A DNA stretch of 64,000 nt from Vicinamibacteria bacterium (GCA_963668695.2 CAXXLQ010000004.1:384001-448000); one strand, 5' to 3'; counted from the stretch's first letter, positions 40,036 to 49,754 are shown. Notes: generated from the sequence alone by a model not told the origin. Program-made: numbers and translations.

Positions 40036-41409
40036 AGCGTGGAGTTCCGCGGCCAGCGTGGAGTTCACGCCCAGACCCCGAAGCGTGGAGACGCAGCGTG
40101 GAGTTCCCGCCAACAGACCCCGGCACAGCGTGGAGTTCCGCGGCTCACAGCGTGGAGTTCACGCCAACAGATCCCGCTCCAGAAATGGAGTTCCGCATGC
40201 CAGCGTGGAGTTCCGCGACCCCGACAGCGTGGAGTTCACGCCAACAGATCCCGCTACAGCGTGGAGTTCCGCGGCTTCAGCGTGGAGTTCACGCCGGCAG
40301 ACCCCGCTACAGCGTGGAGTTCCGCGGCTTCAGCGTGGAGTTCCCGCCAACAGATCCCGCTACAGCGTGGAGTTCCGCGGCTTCAGCGTGGAGTTCACGC
40401 CAACAGATCCCGCTACAGCGTGGAGTTCCGCGGCTTCAGCGTGGAGTTCCCGCCAACAGATCCCGCTACAGCGTGGAGTTCCGCGGCTTCAGCGTGGAGT
40501 TCCCGCCAACAGACCCCGCTACAGCGTGGAGTTCCGCGGCTTCAGCGTGGAGTTCCCGCCAACAGATCCCGCTACAGCGTGGAGTTCCGCGGCTTCAGCG
40601 TGGAGTTCCCGCCAACAGATCCCGCTACAGCGTGGAGTTCCGCGGCTTCAGCGTGGAGTTCCCGCCAACAGATCCCGCTACAGCGTGGAGTTCCGCGGCT
40701 TCAGCGTGGAGTTCACGCCAGCAGACCCCGCCAGAGCGTGGAGTCCGCATCCGCCTGTCAAGCGACAGATAAAACTGGGCCACCGGCGACAGATAAAACT
40801 GGGCCACCCCGAAGGGTCCGGGACGTTCATCGCGTTGTCTCTGGCTGGTTCCCCGTTGTGCGCTCGGCGGAGGAGGAGAGGACGCTGAGGAGCCCGGAAG
40901 CGTCCGCCGCCACGACTTCCAGAACCGCCGGAGCCGAGCCCTCCGATCCGGCCGGCCGGCGAGGGCGTCGACCGGCACTTCCGCACGTCGCGTCCGACGA
41001 ACATTCTGAACCTCGGGCAGAATCCCGCCAGTCGGAAACAACGAGCCAGCAGCCAGCAGCCGCGGCCCCCGAGGATGACCAGGACGCCCGCTTCGAGGGC
41101 CTTCCCAAGGTGTTCATCCGCAATGCCGCCGCGGTCGGGCCTCGGCCGCACCCGGAAGCCCTGCGCGCGCTGATCCTCGACATCTGCCGCCACCGCGACT
41201 GGACCACCCCGGCCGAACTCGCTCGCTGGTTTGACATGCACCGGCGGAGCCTCGCGAACCGCTACATCCGGCCGCTCCTGGAGGCCGGGATGCTGGAGCG
41301 GCAGTTTCCGGACAGCCCGAACACCCCGAAACAGGCGTACCGGACGCGGCGCGAAGACCCAGCGCTGTCCGAGGCCGGCACGGGCAGGCTCTCGATTCCG
41401 GAGGATTGA
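39850..41409 (+). CDS. Protein with a C-terminal Fic/RecG-C-like winged HTH (start uncertain; N-terminal part is translated repeat)
   Basis: LILDIC..WTTPAELARWF..YIRPLLEAGMLERQFPDSPNTPKQAYR. Confidence 0.55.
   Translation: MPGSTDPEIDACPAGRPRNRRMPGSTGSEIDAPTPGMERIRRPRSEIDACSRVARSTGSEIDSVEFRGQRGVHAQTPKRGDAAWSSRQQTPAQRGVPRLTAWSSRQQIPLQKWSSACQRGVPRPRQRGVHANRSRYSVEFRGFSVEFTPADPATAWSSAASAWSSRQQIPLQRGVPRLQRGVHANRSRYSVEFRGFSVEFPPTDPATAWSSAASAWSSRQQTPLQRGVPRLQRGVPANRSRYSVEFRGFSVEFPPTDPATAWSSAASAWSSRQQIPLQRGVPRLQRGVHASRPRQSVESASACQATDKTGPPATDKTGPPRRVRDVHRVVSGWFPVVRSAEEERTLRSPEASAATTSRTAGAEPSDPAGRRGRRPALPHVASDEHSEPRAESRQSETTSQQPAAAAPEDDQDARFEGLPKVFIRNAAAVGPRPHPEALRALILDICRHRDWTTPAELARWFDMHRRSLANRYIRPLLEAGMLERQFPDSPNTPKQAYRTRREDPALSEAGTGRLSIPED
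40035..40745. repeat. Tandem array 2: core CAGCGTGGAGTTC in alternating 21- and 32-bp units (53-bp period)
   Basis: CAGCGTGGAGTTCCGCGGCTT plus CAGCGTGGAGTTCCCGCCAACAGATCCCGCTA repeated about 10 times, with degenerate units at the 5' side. Confidence 0.92.
40756..40810 (+). mobile_element. Orphan IS21-like terminal repeat
   Basis: TGTCAA followed by two direct repeats of GCGACAGATAAAACTGGGCCACC spaced 24 bp apart. Confidence 0.55.
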
Positions 41410-41549
41410 CTCTTGGGCAACCGCACGGCGCAGCACGAAGACTCACAGCGGCGGCGCCGCCATTGCCCCGGTGGGATCGGACTCGGTGCTGCTGAATATC
41501 CAGCGGTCACTGCATAGGTACTCTTCTGGTACCGGCGGAGGCGCCACGC

Positions 41550-41852
41550 ATGGATAGAACGTCCCTCTCCGTTCGGAAGCTCCATGAGTTCTTCGAGAGC
41601 CAGCTTCGAGTGGAGTTCGCCGAACAGCACCACCGCGAGTTCGTGCTGCTGTTCCATAACGACGTATCGCAAGCGCTCGATCACGCCGAGTTGGCAGATC
41701 GCCTACGGCAGACTGCCCTCTTTTTCGAGAGCATGGAGGCCGCGGTGGACCGGGCATACGAAATAGAACTGGAGCCCGGCTACTTCCTGGTTGCCGAGTG
41801 CATTCGCCCTGAGGAACGGGAGCCCGCTGTCTTCCATTCGAGAGTGGCGTAG
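41550..41852 (+). CDS. Hypothetical protein
   Basis: 100-aa ORF with GGAGG RBS and protein-like composition. Confidence 0.55.
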   Translation: MDRTSLSVRKLHEFFESQLRVEFAEQHHREFVLLFHNDVSQALDHAELADRLRQTALFFESMEAAVDRAYEIELEPGYFLVAECIRPEEREPAVFHSRVA

Positions 41853-42008
41853 ATTCCGGGGCCGATGATGAGCGGCCGGATCGCCCCGAACACCCCGAAA
41901 CAGGCATACCGCACCCGTCGGGAGGACCCATCGGACTCGGGTCCCGGCGCTGGTTAGCGAACCGGGCTCGCTCCGCGCCGCGGTTGCTGCCGGAGCGGCG
42001 AATCATTA

Positions 42009-42046
42009 TTGTTGAATATCCATCTACTCCAATGGATATTCAACAA
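42009..42046. promoter_or_regulatory. 15-bp perfect inverted repeat overlapping the ATPase start
   Basis: TTGTTGAATATCCAT-N8-ATGGATATTCAACAA. Confidence 0.6.
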
Positions 42047-43213
42047 CATACCGATCGCCCGGAACTGCGCCAAACCATCCTCCAGGGTCTCTCCGAGGCC
42101 CCCGTGGTCGCTCTGCTCGGAGCGCGGCAGGTCGGCAAGACAACCCTCGCCCGACAGATCGCCTCGGATTGGCCGGGCCCCTCGACCATCCTCGATCTCG
42201 AACGCCCCACCGTGCGCGAAGCCCTTTCCCGCACTCCGGAGCGAATGCTGAGCGGCCGGGAAGGTCTCGTCGTCCTCGACGAAATCCAGCGGTTGCCCGA
42301 GCTGTTCGAGACGCTCCGGCCGATCTCCGACGACCCGGATCGCAAGGCCGTCTTTCTTCTCCTCGGCAGCGCCTCCTGGGATCTGATCGCGGGGATCTCC
42401 GAGACTCTCGCCGGCCGCATCCTGTTCGTAGACGTGGCCGGCTTCTCGGTGTGGGAGGTGGGTACGGCCCACTTGGACCGCCTCTGGATGCGCGGCGGCT
42501 TCCCCCGCGCCTGGCTCGCTTCTTCGCCGGAAGCGTGGACGCGATGGATGCGCTCCTTCACCCGCACCTTCCTGGAACGCGACATTCCGGGGCTCGGCTC
42601 AAGGGTCGCCCCGGAAGCCCTCGGCCGTTTCTGGCGGATGCTCGCCCACTGGCACGGCCAGCTCTGGAACGCCAGCGAGCTGGCGCGGTCCATGGACGTG
42701 AGCCCCACCGCGGTGAACCACTACCGCGACCTGCTCGCCGGTTCCTTCATGATCCGGGTGCTGCCTCCCTGGTTCGAGAATCTGGGAAAGCGGCTCGTCA
42801 AGTCGCCGAGGGTGTTCCTGCGCGACAGCGGGGTCCTGCACTTCCTGCTGGGCCTTGAAGACCCGGATCAACTCCCCCTCCACCCACGCTACGGCGCCAG
42901 TTGGGAGGGATTCGCCCTCGAGCAAACACTCATCGCCCACGGCGGGCACGAGGCCTACTTCTACCGGACCCAGCGAGGGGCAGAACTGGACCTGCTGCTC
43001 CTGCGCGGCGGGAAGCGGTTCGGCTTCGAGTTCAAGTGCTCCGATGCCCCGAAGACCACGAAGTCCATGCACATCGTCATCGACGACCTGGGGCTCGAAC
43101 ACCTGTGGGTCGTCTATCCGGGCGAGTTGGAGTACCCGCTGGCCGACCGGATTACGGCCCTGCCCCTGAGTAAGGTACGAGGCTTGTCACTGTCGAGATC
43201 GGGCCGGTCATGA
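42032..43213 (+). CDS. AAA_14 ATPase with DUF4143
   Basis: GARQVGKTT, VVLDEIQ, LLGSA, ETLAGR, RGGFP, KSPRVFLRDSG and ELDLLL..FEFK. Confidence 0.9.
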   Translation: MDIQQHTDRPELRQTILQGLSEAPVVALLGARQVGKTTLARQIASDWPGPSTILDLERPTVREALSRTPERMLSGREGLVVLDEIQRLPELFETLRPISDDPDRKAVFLLLGSASWDLIAGISETLAGRILFVDVAGFSVWEVGTAHLDRLWMRGGFPRAWLASSPEAWTRWMRSFTRTFLERDIPGLGSRVAPEALGRFWRMLAHWHGQLWNASELARSMDVSPTAVNHYRDLLAGSFMIRVLPPWFENLGKRLVKSPRVFLRDSGVLHFLLGLEDPDQLPLHPRYGASWEGFALEQTLIAHGGHEAYFYRTQRGAELDLLLLRGGKRFGFEFKCSDAPKTTKSMHIVIDDLGLEHLWVVYPGELEYPLADRITALPLSKVRGLSLSRSGRS

Positions 43214-44136
43214 ACCGAGAGGAATTCCTCACGGCGCTGGACAGCCTCAACGTGTGGAAGCGCGGGGGCGTGCGAGCACCGCACAAACCGCTCCTGCTCC
43301 TCCTGGCGCTCGGCCGGCTCTCGCAGGATGAGAAGCGGCTCGTTCGCTACGAAGACGTGGAAGCCCGGCTACGGCAACTGCTTGAACGGTTCGGACCTCC
43401 GCGCCAGGTCACCCACCCTGAGTTCCCCTTCTGGCACCTGCAGACGGACGGAATCTGGGAGATCCCGGATAGGGACAGCCTCCCGAAGAAGAAGGGAGGT
43501 AGGTCCGTTTCTGCCGCCACGCTGCGCAGGCTGGGAGTCCAGGGCGGACTTCCGACCGGATTGGATCAACTCCTGCGGACGGACCCGGAACTCATCGAGA
43601 CAGCAGCGGTCACGCTGCTGAACGGTCACTTCCCCGAGTCCTTCCACACGCCTATCCGGGATGCCGTCGGGCTCGCGGATCCGATGGCGCTCGAGACCCC
43701 AACCGAGTACGGAACCACGCGGCGCCGCAGGCGCGACCCGAACTTCCGGCGGGCCGTAATGACCGCCTACGAACGCCGCTGCGCGGTCTGCGACTTCGAT
43801 GTCCGGCTCGACGACGACCTGCTGGGACTCGACGCCGCTCACATCAAGTGGCACGCCGCCGGCGGGCCGGACATGGTTCCCAACGGGCTTGCCCTCTGCA
43901 AGCTCCACCACCACGCGCTCGATCGGGGCGCGATTGGCCTCGCTGCAGTCAGCGGCCGCGAGCTAAGACTCTTGATCTCCCAGGAACTCAGCGGAACGAG
44001 CGAAGCCTTCCGCCAGTTGGTGGACGCTCGAGGCCGACCGGTGCGGAAGCCGCAGGAGCACGCGCAACTCCCGGATCCCGCGTTCGTGGACTGGCATCGC
44101 CGGGAGGTCTTCCGGGGAGAACCCCGGACTTCCTGA
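43210..44136 (+). CDS. SBD-HNH phosphorothioate-DNA-sensing restriction endonuclease-like protein
   Basis: RAPHKPLLLL and PFWHLQTDGIWE (sulfur-binding-domain-like), then CAVC..AAHIKW..NGLALCKLHH HNH motif. Confidence 0.8.
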   Translation: MNREEFLTALDSLNVWKRGGVRAPHKPLLLLLALGRLSQDEKRLVRYEDVEARLRQLLERFGPPRQVTHPEFPFWHLQTDGIWEIPDRDSLPKKKGGRSVSAATLRRLGVQGGLPTGLDQLLRTDPELIETAAVTLLNGHFPESFHTPIRDAVGLADPMALETPTEYGTTRRRRRDPNFRRAVMTAYERRCAVCDFDVRLDDDLLGLDAAHIKWHAAGGPDMVPNGLALCKLHHHALDRGAIGLAAVSGRELRLLISQELSGTSEAFRQLVDARGRPVRKPQEHAQLPDPAFVDWHRREVFRGEPRTS

Positions 44137-44162
44137 CCGGACTTCCTGACCCGGCGCCCGCC

Positions 44163-45752
44163 TCACTCCTCCCGTTCGCCCTCCCGCACCGTCGGGTACT
44201 CGATCCCGAGCTGCTCCAGATACGTGTCGAAGCGCTCCGGGTCGTAGTAGAACGGCCGCATCGCCTCGCGGAAGGAGTCCATCTTCTCCTTGTTGAGATG
44301 GATCGCCGGCTGGTCGTCCGGGCCGATCAGCGGGGTGTACTCGTGCTCGGCGGTCTGCTCCGCGAAGTACTCCTTCGCGGCCGGGACGAGTTCCGGGTTC
44401 AGGAACAGGTCCATGAGGGTCATGGCGATCACCCGCGCGCCGGCGGCCGCGCCCTTGTGGGCGATGGGGGTCGCCATCGCCACCGCGTTCGCCCAGTGGT
44501 GGCCCGGACCGCCGGGGATGTTTGACGGGAAACGCATCGAGACCGTGGGAACCTTCCAGGAGATGTCCCCGATGTCATCGGAGAAGCCCCCGAGCCGGGG
44601 CTCGGGCGCCGGGCCGCCCATCTCGCCGAGTTCGGTAGCAAGGCCGCTCTCTTCGACTCCGAGCTCGCGCTGAAGGCCCCGGGCGAGCGCCTCGTCCGCC
44701 TCGCTCCACTCCGGGAGCCCCACCCGCTCGATGTTCGCCCAGATCGCTTCCGCCACCGGCTTGCTGAAGTGCCGCGGATAGGCGTGGCCCAGAATGCGCC
44801 ACGAAGCCTCGGTCGAGGTCATCGCCGCCGCCGCCGTCGCCATCGTGTTCCCGAGGTCGAAAAGCTCCTTCATGTGCGGCTGGTCGAGCTCCCGGAAGTA
44901 GTACCAGACCGACGCGAGCTGGGGCACCACGTTGGGTTGGTCCCCGCCGTTCGAGATCACGTAGTGGGAGCGGTGCGGCAGCCGCAGATGCTCGCGCTTG
45001 ACGTTCCAGGCCATGTTCATGATCTCCACCGCGTCGAGCGCGCTCCGGCCTCGCCACGGCGCCCCCGCCGAGTGCGCCGACTCGCCGCGGAAGGTGTACT
45101 CCACCGAGACCAGGCCGCTGCCTCTCCCCTGCCCCCAGCTCACCCCGAAGCCGGAGCCCACGTGGGTGAAGATGCAGATGTCCACATCGTCGAAGTGGCC
45201 CGCGCGGATGAACCAGGCCTTGGTGCCGAGCAGTTCCTCGGCTACCCCTGGCCAGATCACGATGGTGCCCCCAATCCCCTCGCGCTCCATGACCTCCTTG
45301 GCGGCCAGCGCACCGACGACGATCACCGCCTGCCCGGAGTTGTGGCCCTCCCCGTGGCCGGGGGCGCCCTCGACCAGCGGCTCGTGGTAGGCGACGCCCG
45401 GTTTCTGGGACGCCTTCGGGATGCCGTCGATGTCGCTGCCGAGCGCGATCACCGGAGAGCCGGATCCCCAGCGCGCCATCCAGGCCGTGGGAATCCCGGC
45501 GATCCCCTCCTCGATCTCGAAGCCGTTGTCGCGGAGGACCCCGGTGATGTAGCGGGAGGTCTCGACCTCCTGGAAGCCGAGTTCGCCGAAGCTGAAGATG
45601 GAGTCCACCATCACCTGGGCCAGCTTGGCGCGCTCGGCGGCGCCCTGGTCGGCGACCGGGCGGAGGGTTTCGAGGTCCTGGGCGGTAGCGGGGGCTATTG
45701 CTAACGCCAGCAAGAGGCCCGACAGGGCGGCGGTTCGTGTGAATGGCGGCAT
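44163..45752 (-). CDS. M20 amidohydrolase (AbgB-like)
   Basis: ELGFQE, GHGEGHNSG, AEELLG, SAHS..PWRGRSALDA and SDDIGDISW. Confidence 0.9.
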   Translation of the reverse strand: MPPFTRTAALSGLLLALAIAPATAQDLETLRPVADQGAAERAKLAQVMVDSIFSFGELGFQEVETSRYITGVLRDNGFEIEEGIAGIPTAWMARWGSGSPVIALGSDIDGIPKASQKPGVAYHEPLVEGAPGHGEGHNSGQAVIVVGALAAKEVMEREGIGGTIVIWPGVAEELLGTKAWFIRAGHFDDVDICIFTHVGSGFGVSWGQGRGSGLVSVEYTFRGESAHSAGAPWRGRSALDAVEIMNMAWNVKREHLRLPHRSHYVISNGGDQPNVVPQLASVWYYFRELDQPHMKELFDLGNTMATAAAAMTSTEASWRILGHAYPRHFSKPVAEAIWANIERVGLPEWSEADEALARGLQRELGVEESGLATELGEMGGPAPEPRLGGFSDDIGDISWKVPTVSMRFPSNIPGGPGHHWANAVAMATPIAHKGAAAGARVIAMTLMDLFLNPELVPAAKEYFAEQTAEHEYTPLIGPDDQPAIHLNKEKMDSFREAMRPFYYDPERFDTYLEQLGIEYPTVREGEREE

Positions 45753-45900
45753 GGAAAACCTCCCGTCTCGGGTGCAGCAAACCGATTCTACGGGGTGCGT
45801 CAACCGGACCCTCCGGGTCAGCACCAGTTTCGCTCTTCCGGAGGGAGCGATGCCGGGGCGGCGTTCCGAACCGTCGCGCCGGCCCAGCAGCGGGCGGCCG

Positions 45901-46650
45901 TCAGCCGCCGCTGCGAGCCTCGGCGATGAGTTGCCTGAGCCGCGCGCCGTCCACCGCGCCCGGCACCAGCGTGTTCCCGATCACGAAGGCCGGGGTCCCC
46001 GTGATGCCCAGCTCGCGGGCAAGACGCTGCGTCTCGCCCAGATAGGCAGCGATCTCCGGATCGGCCATGTCCTGCTGCAGGCGCTCAATGTCGAGTCCGA
46101 CCCGCTCCGCGATCACCATCACCGAGTCCTCGCTGAGGCGATCCCGCGCCCCCATGACCGCCTCGTGGAACGCCTGATACTTGCCCTGCTTGTGTGCCGC
46201 CATGGACGCGAGCGCGGCGAAACTCGAGACCGGCCCGAGCACCGGGAGATCCTTCCACACGATCCGCAGCCCCGGATCGCTCTTCAGCAGATCCATGACC
46301 GGCGCGAGCGAGCGCTTGCAGTGGCCGCACTGGTAGTCGAAGAACTCGACGAGCGTCACATCGCCCTCGGGGTTGCCGGAAACCGGCGACATCGGATGGC
46401 CGACCAGCGCCGCGCGGTTCTTCATCAGCGCGTCCCGCGCCCTCGCCGCCTTTGCGGCCTGGCGCTTCGCGTTGAGCGAGAGGATCGCCTCTTCGATGAC
46501 CTCCGGGTGCTCGAGCAGGTACTCCCGGACGATCTCCCGCACGGCCTCCTTGTCCGGGGGCGGCTGCGGCTCGGCCTGCGCCCTGGCATCGCTGGCCAGC
46601 GCGGCGCACGCCAGCGCCGCCAAGAGCGCGAGCGACATCGTGGATCTCAT
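45901..46650 (-). CDS. DsbA family thioredoxin-fold protein
   Basis: Signal peptide, EFFDYQCGHCK and GITGTPAFVIG. Confidence 0.9.
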   Translation of the reverse strand: MRSTMSLALLAALACAALASDARAQAEPQPPPDKEAVREIVREYLLEHPEVIEEAILSLNAKRQAAKAARARDALMKNRAALVGHPMSPVSGNPEGDVTLVEFFDYQCGHCKRSLAPVMDLLKSDPGLRIVWKDLPVLGPVSSFAALASMAAHKQGKYQAFHEAVMGARDRLSEDSVMVIAERVGLDIERLQQDMADPEIAAYLGETQRLARELGITGTPAFVIGNTLVPGAVDGARLRQLIAEARSGG

Positions 46651-46925
46651 GCGGAGTCTCCCTTGAACAGGCCGGGCGTCGCCGTGGCGCCGCGTTCTAC
46701 GGACCTGACATCCCCCGATTCGGGGCAACGGGGGGAATTGTAGTTGCGCCTCCCGGTGTCCGGGCGGCGCGCCACGCCCGGCCTGGAGCTCCCCGTTCCC
46801 AGCCCACGCGCCACCGCGCGGGGCGGCAGTCCCGGCCCTACCCCAGCGCCTCGCGGGCGATTCTACGGGGGACACGCCATGCGGGCACGGGGCGTCAGAA
46901 CTGTCTCGCTCCCTTGCGGGGAGCA

Positions 46926-46968
46926 GTGCCGGCCCCCACCGGGAGAACTGGCCGGAGGTCGGCGTTCC
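46926..46968. repeat. Second REP-like palindrome (GTGCCGACC..GGTCGGC type) with a 20-nt insert (46932-46951)
   Basis: GTGCCG[20-mer]CCGGAGGTCGGC versus the empty GTGCCGACCAGAGGTCGGC at 18519. Confidence 0.8.
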
Positions 46969-47054
46969 AAGCCGTCTGCGCGCTTCTTGTTCGTCGGCGA
47001 TACGCGGTTCCGCCCGCTGCGCTGGCGGTGCCGGTCTGAATGAAGACCGGCGGT

Positions 47055-47165
47055 CCCGGTTCCCCTGATCCGCCGGCGCGTTCACGTTGGGCGCGATCCC
47101 CGCCGGCCCGGCAGGACTTCACCTCGGCGCCGGTGAGCGCGATGCCCGCCTCGAACTGCTCGAGG
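47055..47165 (-). pseudogene. Internal fragment duplicate of smpB
   Basis: 47098-47165 matches 50422-50489 (LEQFEAG.ALTGAEVKSCR.GG); 47060-47097 matches about 50322-50359. Confidence 0.8.
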
Positions 47166-47166
47166 T

Positions 47167-49154
47167 TCAGTGGGACACGCCTTCGAGTTCCTCCAGATAC
47201 CCGACCCCCGGCAGCTCGGCGTCCTTTCCCAGAAGATAGAAGTCGAAGAACGCCTTCATGTCGGCGAGCATCTCCATCCTGTTCTCGAAGCCTCGGACGT
47301 AGAAGTTCTCGCCTGCGTAGGCCTTGTAGCGGGCGGGCTTGTAGAGGCGCTGCAGTTCCCGGAAGAATTCGGTCATCTGCGGTGAGCCCGGATAGCGTCC
47401 CTCGCCGTGGAGCACGAAGACGGGTACCCGGGCATCGGCGAGGTGATAGTAGGGGGAGTTCGCGAGGTAGCGATCCCTGTGCTCCTCGAGCCGCCCCATC
47501 TCCTTGCGCAGCTGCTGCAGGTGGCGGAATTCGCCGTCCTCGAAGAAGGTGACCCGGTCGCAGTAGCCGGACGCCGCGATCACGGCCTGGAAGGTCTCGC
47601 CGCCGAAGCTCACCGCCGCACACGACATGAACCCTCCGTAGCTGGTTCCGGTGGTTCCGATGCGCTCCGGGTCGACGTACGGGAGGGTTCGGAGGTACTC
47701 CGCGGCCGCCACCGCATCCGAAAGTCGCACTTGCCCCAGCAGCCGTCGTTGGCCTCCTCGAACGCGCGGCCATACCCGGAGCTTCCGCGCACGTTGGGCA
47801 GCAGTACCACGTAGCCACGCTGAACGAAGAACTGGACCTGAGGCTCGAAGCTGTCCTCCCATTGCGACGTGGGTCCGCCGTGGGTCCAGACGATCGCCGG
47901 ATAGCGGCGATCTTCGGCGCCCCGCCCGGCGCCGGGCCGGTAGAGATAGGAGGGGATCGCCGGGCCGTCTCCGCTGCGGAACGCCAACTTCCCGGGCATG
48001 ACCAGGCGATTCTCGATCGCCTCCATCGGCATCGAATCGGTCAGCCTGGAGGACTTCCCCGATGCGAGGGCACGGACAACCAGATCCCCGGGGCGAGTCG
48101 GCGTCTCGAGGGTGTAGGAGATGCGGCTGCCGTCCGGAGACCACTGAGGCGCTCCGATGATTCCGGACTCGGGAGCCGCTATGACGCGCGGCTCTCCGCC
48201 ACCCGACGGCGCAATTCGGAGCTGGTAGGTGCCCCCGTGGTTCTCGACGTACGCGAACCCGCCGCCGTCGGGGGACCAAGCACCTTCCGTCTGGTCGGCC
48301 TCGGCCGCCACCACCGGCCTGGGTTCTCCTCCCGACCGGGGCACGCCCCAGTAGTTGATCCACCCGGAGCGGTAGGACGGAAAGACCACCGTGGAGCCGT
48401 CCGGGGAGACCAGGGGATAGCCGAACGTGCCCCCCTCCCCGTAGTCGAAAAAGTCCTCGTCGCGCACGATGACCCGCTCTTCACCGCCGTCGACCGGGAC
48501 TTCCACAATCGTATGGTCCATCCATTCGCCATCGAGTCGGACGTACAGGACAGACTCGGAATCGGGGCTCCAAGCGGGATAGACCTCCAGTTCGGGTCCG
48601 TCGGTAAGCCGGCGAGCCTCCCCGGACGGGACCTCCACCGTCCACACGTCGTACTGCCCGTGACGATTGCCGGAGAACGCGATCCTGCGCCCGTCCGGCG
48701 ACCAGGAGTAGCCCTTGATCAGCCGCCCGCCGTTCCCGGTGATGCGGAATGCTTCGCCTCCCTGAACGGACCAGAGCCAGATCTCCGGCGTGCCGCTCCT
48801 GTCCGATACATAGGAGATCCATTGTCCGTCCGGCGACCACTGCGGCTCGGCCGACGCCAGAAAATGACCGCTGCCTCCCGTAGGCACCGGCAACTCGCTG
48901 ATCGCGCCACCTTCGGCACGGATTAGCCGCAGGTTCGAACCACCCAGGAGGATCCTGTCGCCTTCCGGGGCCCAGCGCGGCGTCTCGCCACCCACGGAAG
49001 AGGAGAGCGACAGGAGAGTCTCCACGGGAAGCGGTTCGGATGCGCTCTGGTCGGCAACCGGGCGGAGGGTTTCGAGATCCTGAGCGGCTGTGGGGGCGGC
49101 GAGGAGTGCGAGCGAGAGGGCTGAGAGTGCGCTGATTCTCGTGACTGAGAGCAT
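47167..49154 (-). CDS. S9 family peptidase with PD40/TolB propeller (1-nt frameshift near 47720)
   Basis: WSPDG repeats, HGGP and NVRGSSGYG in one frame; DAVAAAEYL..GTSYGG..VLHGEG in the next. Confidence 0.8.
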
Positions 49155-49250
49155 GGGGAACCTCCCGTTGACGGTACGGTGGCCGGCGATCGATTCTACG
49201 GGGGCTGCGCCGGTCCGAGACCGAACGAGCGGCCGGGCCTCGCGGCTGGC

Positions 49251-49754
49251 TCAGCGCCCTTTGCGCAAATTACGAATCCGCGCCCGGACCGACGCAGCCT
49301 CCGACCCGCCGGCCCGGGCAAGCATGCCGTCCACCGCCTCCCGGTATTGCGGAAAACGCAGCGCCAACTCTTTGTATCCGCTGTAGGCCCACGCCCTGAC
49401 GAACTTCTTGTCGCTCCTGACGCACGCATCCGGAAACTGCTCGAGACCAGGGCGGTCTTCGTCAGCAATGCTCAGATAGAGAAGGCACTGGAGGAGGTGC
49501 AGCTTGCTTTCCCAATCTTGCTGGACGGAGAGACTGCCCAGAATGGAACGGCACTCGCGAGCGGAGAGGGGATTTCCGAGTTCCAGGTGTCGCTTCAACA
49601 TCCAGGTTGCCGCCCGTTGGAGATTGGCATCAGCAACGAGCACCAGGGTTGTCGCAACAAAGTCGTCGTCAGCGCGATGGCGCAGATAGATGGACTGCAA
49701 TGCGGCCGTGGACTTGCCGTCCCAGACGCCGAGCTCCTCGGTTAGGTCCGTCAC
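49251..49754 (-). CDS. Hypothetical alpha-helical (HEAT-like) protein
   Basis: WDGKS.., AATWMLK, KKFVRAWAY and SVRARIR; start uncertain. Confidence 0.6.
   Translation of the reverse strand: MTDLTEELGVWDGKSTAALQSIYLRHRADDDFVATTLVLVADANLQRAATWMLKRHLELGNPLSARECRSILGSLSVQQDWESKLHLLQCLLYLSIADEDRPGLEQFPDACVRSDKKFVRAWAYSGYKELALRFPQYREAVDGMLARAGGSEAASVRARIRNLRKGR

Noticed and set aside
38916-40745. CRISPR array
   Set aside because: The sequences between conserved cores are themselves repeated (2-3 types) rather than unique spacers, the cores are only 12-13 bp, and no cas genes are present.
40035-40745. Array 2 GTTC sites as phosphorothioate decoys for the nearby SBD-HNH
   Set aside because: A 4-bp motif match is too weak and no PT modification genes are visible.
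44123-44150. Short local duplications (13 bp at the HNH stop, ~12-14 bp at 9166-9192 and 32355-32378, 12-bp repeats at 18820-18860)
   Set aside because: They are consistent with ordinary replication slippage and show no further structure.
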